Part shown: piece after piece, positions 53,049-64,000 of the stretch
Position numbering within the stretch: the stretch's first letter is position 1
Layout: every line of letters starts with the position of its first letter
DNA from: Octopus vulgaris
Lineage: Eukaryota
Length of the DNA: 64,000 nucleotides
Direction: 5' to 3'
Assembly (NCBI GenBank): GCA_951406725.2
Contig: OX597835.1
Location: forward strand, 25,668,001 to 25,732,000
The notes under the pieces: model-generated
The model's database searches: none
Told to the model about the DNA's origin: nothing
What the model saw: the letters and a program-made list of their open reading frames with translations, nothing else
Position numbers and translations under genes: made by a program

Positions 53049-53884
53049 TACTTTTGGAGGTGAGTGGCGACCTAGCGGAATCATTAGCACACCGGGTGAA
53101 ATGCTTAGCGGTATTTTGTCCGTCATTGTAAAGAGTGTAAAGAGTGATACCTATGAAGAAAAATAATAGATGCCCCATTCACAAGGTAGTTGCTTATCCT
53201 TTGCAGACGAGCACTGAACGAAAGCGACAATGAATAGTAGAGGCAAAGAGCAGCGACAGAACGAAGCCGGGCCATCTTAAGTAAGATAAGTGAACAGAGG
53301 ACGCCAACACACGAAGTTGTCAGACGATCGAACCAACAAAGCAAACAATGACTATGTACTGCAGACGTTGTCAAGATTTTGAAATGTTTAATAAAGAAGT
53401 TTCCTCCTTTAAGGAAAAAAATACAACAACAAAAATAGGTAAAAAAATACAACCGAAACAAAACAACAACAAAAGCAAAATAGGAATAAACTAAAGGAAA
53501 ACTAAGAGACGGACAAGATGGCGTCTAGAATCCTCGCTTTCAGCAATCCAATTTCTATTTCCCTAAGTCATTTTCTAACAAGACAGTAATTAGTTTCACA
53601 GAAAATGATGGAAGGTGTTGGTTTCGATGTGGATTTAGTGGCGACGGTGTTGTTGCTGTTGTTGTTGTTGTTGTTCTGATTGTTGCATACTACGCTCCCC
53701 ATTGTTTACAGACATACTATACTATACATACAGAAAAATACACATGCATACCTTCCTACCTACCTAACTACCTAACTACCTACCTACCTACCTACCTACC
53801 TACCTACCTACCTACCTACCTACCTACCTACATATCTACCGATCTATCTATCAATCAATAAATCAGTCAATCAATCTATCTATC

Positions 53885-53953
<69 letters not shown>

Positions 53954-54076
53954 GTGTATGTATATATATATATATATATATATATACGTATACATATATA
54001 TGTATGTATATATATATGCATGCTTGTAAGTTACGGATGTATGTATACATGTATGCATATATATAACATATATATA

Positions 54077-54124
<48 letters not shown>

Positions 54125-54454
54125 CATGTAGGTATATAAGCATATACACACACACACGTACACAGATATATACATGTAAAGGTATGTATATAATTAGATA
54201 CTTGCGTATATGTTGAAGAATATGCTAATGTATGCCTTTGCGTAATTCCTTATCACTGGAAACGGTGTATATACGTAAGCACATATCCAAACTTACAGAA
54301 ATAGTCTTACCTACCTACCTACCTTTCCCTGCCTACCTACCTACCAAACGGACTACTTTCCTTCTTTCCAAACACACATACATTTATGCACACACACACA
54401 CACACACACACTCGCGCATATATATGTATTGCTATACATATACACACATACACA

Positions 54455-54506
<52 letters not shown>

Positions 54507-55104
54507 CATACATATACATATATATATATAAAAGTAAGATGAGAATTCTGATTTCACTCAAAGGTGATTATCCCACCAAATTTTGGTATCATCGCCACCC
54601 GTTTAACATACCCGATTGTTAATCATTAGACCATTCCCTCTCCTGCTGGCTTTCCATCATATCCGATCGGTTATATCCTCTAACTCCGTACTAGGTGTAG
54701 TTCATTATATAACTTTCAAGAACTACATTCTTAACGTAAGCGGCCAACATATTTGATCATTCTCACCAAAAGCCACGAACGAAATAAGTTTAATACGCTT
54801 GGAATTGTCAAAGAGTCTTGGAATTCCTTGCTCGCCAGAAGGAACAGCTAGAATCCAAACCACTATTAGGGATAAACTTTGAAGGGAATGAAAAATAAAA
54901 ACATTTACCACCTATCTCCTGGACCATGGTTTCAGACTCTTTTTTAGCTAATAAAATAATTTGCTAGGCGAAGTCGTATACCTCTTATGTGTTTAAAAGT
55001 ACACTGTATTTATATGAATAATATATAGGTTATTGACAATTTTTTTTACACGCTAGGCACTGGTAGTAAACATTTCTAATTTTTTTTATTACCCAGATAT
55101 TATC

Positions 55105-55147
<43 letters not shown>

Positions 55148-55329
55148 CATATACAAATAAGAAATAGAGGAACATATTCCTTTCAATCAATAAGTAAGAT
55201 AATACCATAAAAATAATACATATAAAATGGATCTTATAGCTGTTTCAGCCTGTAGATAAAGGTATCTCATTGTGCCTTTATTAGTCAGATGTATTGAGGT
55301 AGTATGCAGTTAAAAATGAGTTACTTCTC

Positions 55330-55597
55330 CAGGAGACAACGTGATCGACCAGATTATCAGCTGTTATTACACATCGCTGGTCACAATGCGCTTTGCATCG
55401 GTTTAGCCATCGAATGACACCACTCCACTGGTTAGGCGATCAGGCCGACATTCCACTTTTGATTGAAACGAGGAATTGGAATCATGTAAAATGAAGTGTT
55501 TTGCATAAGAACACAATACGCTGCCCGGTCTTGCAGTCGAACCCACGGTCTAATGTTCATGAGTGCAACGGTCTAACCACTAGACCACGCTCCTTCA
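55330..55597 (-). mobile_element. Diverged tRNA-headed SINE related to family C
   Basis: Head gtgaaggagcgtggtctagtggttagaccgttgcac...gtgggttcgact. Confidence 0.65.
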
Positions 55598-55680
55598 CAC
55601 ACACACACTATATGTATATATAGATATATATAGGTATGCATATATACACATACATGTATGCATAAACCTAGTCAACTGGT

Positions 55681-55695
55681 TATCTATCTATTTAT

Positions 55696-55793
<98 letters not shown>

Positions 55794-55826
55794 GTCTGTC
55801 TGTCTATCTGACTATCTATCTATCTA

Positions 55827-55861
<35 letters not shown>

Positions 55862-55888
55862 GTCTGTCTGTCTGTCTGCCTGCCTGCC

Positions 55889-55981
<93 letters not shown>

Positions 55982-55998
55982 GTCTATCTATCTGTCTG

Positions 55999-56048
<50 letters not shown>

Positions 56049-56062
56049 AATCAATCTATCTA

Positions 56063-56098
<36 letters not shown>
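55681..56098. repeat. (ATCT)n/(GTCT)n microsatellite
   Basis: Directly visible. Confidence 0.95.
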
Positions 56099-56487
56099 CC
56101 CCTGTCACTAGATAGCTACTGAATATGCAGTTAATTAAACTGGAACCAAATATAACTAACGCAGCTGCAAATCCCCAAACCCCAGTTCTAATCTTACTTG
56201 CAACTGTCATTAAAAGTCTCCTATCTATAGACTTATGCAAATACGCACATGCATGTGTGTGTATATATATATATAGATATATGTGTGTGTATGTTTGTGT
56301 GTATGTGTGTATATGTATATGACTATGCAAATATGCATATATATATATGACTATATATATATATATTTGAATACGAGTGTATGTGTATATGCATATATGT
56401 AGATACACATACACACACACACACACACAAAATAATGTGTGTATATAGATACCTGGTCACATGCACAAACATATTATATCAGTAAAT

Positions 56488-56645
56488 TAGGTGCAGGAGT
56501 GGCTGTGTGGTAAGAAGCTGGCTTACCAACCACATGGTTCCGGGTTCAGTCACACTGCGTTGGGCAAGTGTCTTCTACTAGAGCCTCGGGCCGACCAAAG
56601 CCTTGTGAGAGGATTTAGTAGACGGAAACTGAAAGAAGCCCTTCG

Positions 56646-56708
<63 letters not shown>

Positions 56709-56757
56709 ATATGTTTTTGTGTCCGTGTTTGTCCCCCAACATCGCTTGACAACCGAT
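56488..56757 (+). mobile_element. SINE B, 3'-truncated
   Basis: Matches family B. Confidence 0.85.
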
Positions 56758-56815
56758 TCTACCCTTTATCATTATACATATATAAGTATTTATATGTATA
56801 CATACATACATACAT

Positions 56816-56861
<46 letters not shown>

Positions 56862-56871
56862 GTATACAAAC

Positions 56872-57348
<477 letters not shown>

Positions 57349-57353
57349 GCGAC

Positions 57354-57404
<51 letters not shown>

Positions 57405-57747
57405 AACGCGTAAACACACGCTTGTCAATATACATAACTATCTCAATGAAAAAGAAGAGAAGATACGAGTGTAGAGAGTAAGAAGGAATGTGTGTCATTT
57501 GTCGTAAATTCAATGATTGTTAATTATTCAAATATTTTCATAATTTTAATTTTCTATTTCGTATTTTACATTATTACACAAGGTTCTTAGAAAACCGACA
57601 AAAATATTTAATTAAGTGAAAAAATAAATACTCTTTAATCTAAGAAAATATTTCTTTCCATTAAAACTATAATTATTAATGATTTAAAAAAACACACTTA
57701 AAATTCTTCTTCTTCTTCTTCTTCTTCTTCTTCTTCTTCTTCTTCTT

Positions 57748-57944
<197 letters not shown>

Positions 57945-58486
57945 ATAATGATTTTTCGCAATTTTACAAAGTAATTTACAATGTAGAACGGTTCTATGTT
58001 CCTTTCTGAATTTGTCTTGTTTTCGTTTGACGCCGAAGAATTTCAGAATATATTTGCATAGAGAACAACGCTCATATATACTGGTAGAAAAGTAAGAATT
58101 ATAGAATTTTCGTCTATTGCTCGACGAATTCAGGACCAGGCATTGCTATATAAGCGCAGTCATAACTGTGTGCTTAAGAAGTCCGCTTTGCAAACAGCTG
58201 GTTTCGGTTTCAGTTCCACTTCATTTAGCCTTAGCGGGTAAGTGTCTTCTACAATAGCCCTATGTCTTCCAATATCGTGTCAACGAGTCTCGGAAACTGG
58301 TAGCTTACCGATGCTTCACCGGAAAGCTACCAGGTGTATACCATACAGAAACTGAAAGGGGAATATGTTGAATAAAATCATAATTAACTGATCCTCCTGT
58401 ATTTTCTTTTATCCAAATCCAGCGACTTTTCAGTACACCCTCTATAGGTATATACTATATACTTATATATGTGTATCTCTCTGTAG

Positions 58487-58614
58487 TAGGTTTAGGAAAA
58501 AGTTCGTGCGCCGTGAGTCACCATTGAAAACATGATATGAACTGAATGAACACACACATCACAAAAATATATAGAAAAACATTATTTTAACACGGCGCAC
58601 GAACTTTTCCTCAA

Positions 58615-58618
<4 letters not shown>
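58487..58618. mobile_element. ~130-bp mariner-type MITE
   Basis: ~28-bp TIRs taggtttaggaaaaagttcgtgcgccgtg / cacggcgcacgaacttttcctcaaccta. Confidence 0.85.
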
Positions 58619-58669
<51 letters not shown>

Positions 58670-58678
58670 ATATATATA

Positions 58679-58787
<109 letters not shown>

Positions 58788-58829
58788 ATATATATATATA
58801 CATACATATATATATATATGTTAAATTCA

Positions 58830-59050
58830 TATGTGTCTGTGTCTCTGCCTTTGTGTTCGTGTTTCGCCCCACCGCTTGACAACCGGTGTTAGCTAGTTTA
58901 CACCCACCGTAACTTAGCAGGTCGACAACAGACTCTGATATAATGAGTGCCAGACTTAAAAGAAATAAGTCGCGGGACCGATGTTTTTGGGACTAAACCT
59001 TTCAAGGCCGTGATCCAGCATGGCCGCAGTCCGATGACCGAAACAAGCAA
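58830..59050 (+). mobile_element. SINE B tail; head remnant at ~58155-58270
   Basis: cgcttgacaaccgg...ccagcatggccgcagtc..gaccgaaacaag. Confidence 0.75.
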
Positions 59051-59374
59051 ACGAATTATGAGATTAAAGTAATGATTTTTGATAGAAGTACAAACATCTC
59101 AGACGTATGAAAGACAGATACAGTCAATTAAATGGACCCAAGAATTTTACTGCTACTTTAGTTATGCCCCCCCCCCCCCACTCCACTGGAAGGATAAAAA
59201 TAAAGTATCGATCTCTCCGCAATTTGAAGGCAAAAGTAGAAAATCACGCAACGAACACCTTAAAGCATTTGTATCCACCATTTTTCGTCTGTCTTTAAGT
59301 TCTGAGTTCAAATTCCGCCGAGGTCGACTTTGACTTGCTTCCTTTCGAGGTCGATAAATTAAGAATGAACTTTA

Positions 59375-60568
59375 ATCAATTATATATCTTCTGTTTTGTT
59401 CGATGGACCTTTTACCATCTTTCTGGCCACTTCATGATTCCGTGCTCATAGAACTTCTGGTCCTTATCAGCCAAAAACTGCAGCAAGTGTGATTTCAGAT
59501 CATCATCATCACTGAAAGTTTTACCATTCAAAGAATTTTGCAAACTTCGAAATAAATGGTAATCTGACAGTGCGCGGTCAGGGCTACATGGTTCCCAAGC
59601 AAGCTCCAATAATTTTTCATGAGTTAGCAAAGACATGTGTGGTCTAGCGTTGTAATGGTGGAACAGGAATCCATTACTATTTGCCAATTCTGGCAATTTT
59701 TCTTTGAATGCTTCCTCCAGTTTCATTAGTTGTTGACAGTAAACATCTGAATTGATCGTTTGGTTCCTTGGAAGCAGCTCAAAATACACAACATCTTTGT
59801 AATCCCACCAAATTGACAGCATGACTATTTTTGATGCAATTCAACTCTCAATGTGGCTTGTGCTGGTTCATTACGCTTGAACCATGATCGTTTTCAATTG
59901 ATGTTATTGTAGACAACCCATTTGTCTACAATATTGTAGTGATGATTCGTTTAAAAGAATGGTCGATTTCATTGCGTTTGAGATGCATATTGCAAATATT
60001 GATTCGCTGTGTTAAGTGATTCTCTTTCAATTTATGTGGAACCCAAATGTCGAGCTTCTTAATGAGTCAAAGACATTTTAAGTGATTTTCAATTGTTGTG
60101 TGTGATACATTTAACCTCTCTGCAATATCTCACACAGTTATATGATAATCAGATTCAATTATGGCTTTGGTTCGGTCATCATCAACTTCAGCAGGTCAAC
60201 CAGAACGTTGGTCATCTCTGAGTGCAAAATCTCCAGAACGGAATTTTTAAAACCATTTCTGACATGTGCTTTCTGTTAAGCAATCAAATCCATTAACTCC
60301 ACATATCTCTTTGCAAGTCTCATCAGCTTTCTTGCCTTTACGGAAATAAAAAAGCAAAATATGGCGAAAATGTTCGTTTTGCACTCCATGTTAAAATTGA
60401 CACTGAACTAACAGCTGTAAACAAAATTACGCGCTATTTGCTTCTAAAGTAAGCTGAAAGTAATGGCTATCAAATACCAAAAAGGAAAAAATCAAAACAT
60501 TGATAAAAGTCATTAAAAAAATTGTAACTCTCTTTGCGAAGAACGAAATTACTTTCTTGCCAACCCAA
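59375..60568 (-). mobile_element. Near-full-length decayed mariner transposon
   Basis: TIR ta|ttgggttggcaagaaagtaatttcg; ATG at ~60389. ORF 59412-59822 reads WWD..VVYFELL..NQTINSDVYCQQL...NARPH...SPD.A.SDYHLFRSLQN...PERW. The 3' TIR is lost at an adjacent SINE A (59270-59365). Confidence 0.9.
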
Positions 60569-61867
60569 TAAATATTGTGTGGCATTCTCATTTTACATTT
60601 CGCAGATCATTCTAGCAACTTACTTTGATTCCTGTAATCTCTTTTTATTATAGGTACAAAACCTGTAATTTTCGAGGAGGTGGTTGGTCCATATCATCGA
60701 CCCCGAGTGTTTCACTGGTACTTATCTAATAGTCCTTGGTCAGGACGAAAGACAAAGTTGACAGTGTCCAAATTTGAACTCAGAACGTAAAGCCGAAAGA
60801 AATACCGCTAAGCATTTTGTTCCACGTGCTACTTGGCCCCAGTATATGACTGGAATTTATCCTATGTAACTCTGATAAAATGAAGGGCAAAGTCAAGCGA
60901 CAACGACGGGATTTGAACCCAGATGTAATTAAATACTTTGTGGCATTTGCACCACTACACTTGCCGATTCGACCATTTAAAGTCATTATGTTAAGACAAT
61001 GATATTAACAACACAAATATTAAGAAGAATATATTTAAAAAGTAAAAAGAGGAAAAAGATGAAAAGAAAAACCGTATCGGAACTTGAAAAAACAAAACAA
61101 AGAATCACACACTATGGAGTAATAATACTTGAACATAGAAAATTTGTTTGAACAGCTTTGAATAATATTAATTATATTAAATTAAATTTAGAGATCTTAT
61201 GGAAATATAAGAAACTAATAAACAGTTAAATTACGAACACAGAGTCTATCCAGACTTTCTACAAAATATTTTTGGAAAAAAATTCGTAAAAATGTTGATA
61301 AATTTTAATTAATATTTACAAGAATAAAATAAGAAAATTAAATAAAAATGATAAATTGAAAATCAAATTAAAAATGAAAAAATATTCCAAATTATGAAGA
61401 AGAAATTTATATTTGTGTTGCTTCGATTCTCTTTCCGTTATTATTTTTTTAAGGACGATTTTCTTATTATCTGTGATGTTTTTTTGTGTGGTTTACCGTT
61501 ATTGCAGTATTCTGCAGAAAAGTTTTTAAGTTGTGAGAATAAGAAACGGAATGAGAGATTGAAAGAATAAAAGAACGAAAGAATAATAACGACGGGAATA
61601 AGAAAAGCTGCAAAAATAAGAAAAGAAAAACGAAAAGCAAATAAGAAAAGACAAAAAGCAAAAAAAAAAGGCCGCTACAAACACCCCGTTATGGTGTTAC
61701 ATTATAGAATTAAAATGGCGGACATTGTAACATCTGTGTCTTGTGTTGGATTTCATTCTGTTGGAAATGAAAATTCTTTGAAACACGCAGCAAATGGAAT
61801 AATTAGCTTGCAAATGGTAATAGAAAAACAGAAAGAGTAAAAGACAGAGAAAGAGGAAGAAACACGC

Positions 61868-61920
<53 letters not shown>

Positions 61921-62175
61921 GAGACGATGATGATGAATATGATGAGGATGATGACGCTGCGTTTCTAATAACTGTACTAGAATACGTAAACAAGAAAATC
62001 TAGAGCAAAGAAACATTTGAAGAGCTTCATAAAATCTACAGCATCAGCAGTAGCAGTAGCAGCAGCGGCAGTGTTGGAGGCCATGTTGTTACATAGACAC
62101 ACTTAACTCTTGACGCTTAAAAACATTCTGAATAAATACACACACACACACCTCTACTCTCTCTCTCTATGTACG

Positions 62176-62234
<59 letters not shown>

Positions 62235-62343
62235 TCTATATATTTACACACACTGCTTACTCTCATACACACTCCATACACTCACATATATGTAAGGATA
62301 CATGCATGCATATATAGAATTATGCAGACGCATGCATAAAATG

Positions 62344-62418
<75 letters not shown>

Positions 62419-62453
62419 ATGTATGTATGTGTGGGATATTTTTAATGTTTTAC

Positions 62454-62501
<48 letters not shown>

Positions 62502-63768
62502 AATGTTAGAAATATGGAAAATTAATAATAAAACTAAATGCGTTTTTCCTTTTAAAGCGAAGTTGATTAATTCCTGAGTATATTATTACAATCAAATTAT
62601 TTCAGAATATTATAATATGTATTGAAAAATAGATTATCACAATCAAATTATTTAAAAATACATTATTACATATTCCTAAATATATCGCGCCCAAAACGCA
62701 TTACTACAATTAAATCTTTTCATGATTACATTTTCCAAATTACATTACATTTTAAAGCTAAAATCATTTAAAAATACCTTATTTCAACATTCCAAAACAC
62801 ATGCTTACAAATAATTACAGGATTGCATAATTAAACATTCCAAAGGAACAGAATTCCAGACCGGTTTCACTTCAAATAGTAGATATTCACTACAATGTGC
62901 GTGTGTAATGGTCTGTAATGTACAACGGCGGAGCTGCTTTTTCTGTGACTATAGACAATATTTGTACTTTGTTTATCACAAAAAGTTAAAAACCAAATTA
63001 CAGCAAGAGAGTCATGTGAGGACTCTTGGTAAAGATAATATTACATTTTATCAAATCTGTTACAGATTTAAGAATGCGATGTGGATGTGGTTACGCTCAT
63101 AATCGTGTTGACGACCAACACAGACACATACACAGACACATACACAGACACATACACACACAAACACACAAACACACACACATGCACACACGCACAGACA
63201 CATACACACAGACATACACGCACACACACATGCGCACATACAGACACACACACACGCACACACGCACACGCACATACAGGCACAGACACACAGATACACA
63301 GACAGACACGCAAACACAGACACACACAGGCACACAGACACACACGCACACACACGGACACACGCACACACAGACGCACGCACACAGACACACACAAGCA
63401 CACACACAGACAAACAGACACAGACACAAACACAGACAGACACACAGACACACACACAGACACACACACGCACACACACCAACTTACATATATATACGAC
63501 AAGTTTCTATTCGATTTCCTTCACAAAGTATGGTTATATCCGAGCCTATAGGAGAAAAAAAAAACATTTCTAAGGTGCTAAGCATTGAAATTGAACCCGA
63601 GACTATGTAGTGATGACGTGGACTTTTTAAGTAAACAGCCATGCTTATGTTTGTGATCTTTGGCCAACCATACTACAATGTAGTCTCTCTCTCTTTTTTC
63701 TCTCTTCCCCTCTCTCTCTATGTATATATGTATATATATATATTATATATGAATACATACTACCTATT

Positions 63769-63842
<74 letters not shown>

Positions 63843-63854
63843 TTTTTCTTTCTT

Positions 63855-64000
63855 TTTTCTTTTATTTGTTTCAGTCATTTGACAGCGGCCATGCTGGAGT
63901 ACCGCCTTTAGTCGAAGAAGTCGACTCCAGGACTTATTCATTATAAGCCTAGTGCTTATTCTATCTTTCTCTTTTGCCGAAACGCTATGTTACGGGGACG
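63855..64000 (-). mobile_element. SINE B tail, running off the window
   Basis: gtttcagtcatttgac.gcggccatgctggag...gcctttagtcg. Confidence 0.85.

Noticed and set aside
53123-53461. 112-aa ORF, and the 62-aa ORF at 54723-54911, in non-repetitive sequence
   Set aside because: No recognisable domain or consistent splice structure.
55230-55335. Minus-strand GAAACAGCU palindrome, possible hammerhead relic
   Set aside because: No convincing CUGAnGA adjacent to a stem II.

Overview
AT-rich eukaryotic DNA dense in microsatellites and transposons. The repeat content (tRNA-derived SINEs with internal microsatellites, mariner relics, Penelope-like fragments) suggests an octopus/cephalopod genome; this is an inference. 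The only host coding sequence I can support is the last two exons of an SLC23 (ascorbate/nucleobase transporter) gene at 4991-6391 (+). Most other ORFs in the track are translated microsatellites or TE relics. The rest comprises three abundant SINE families, several mariner/Tc1 relics, Helitron, MULE-like and Kolobok-like non-autonomous elements, decayed CR1-like, R4/Dong-like and Penelope-like retroelements, and minisatellites. The most notable signal is a set of distinct minimal hammerhead-ribozyme-like motifs, found alongside Penelope-like RT and GIY-YIG relics. One is the 3' tail of a tRNA-headed SINE-like element (33046-33320), and one has a compensatory G3:C8 core swap inside a long inverted repeat (16169-16219). 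A U6 snRNA retrocopy abuts a SINE head, and there is a branched T-shaped palindrome. All structures were paired by eye and coordinates of decayed repeats are approximate.
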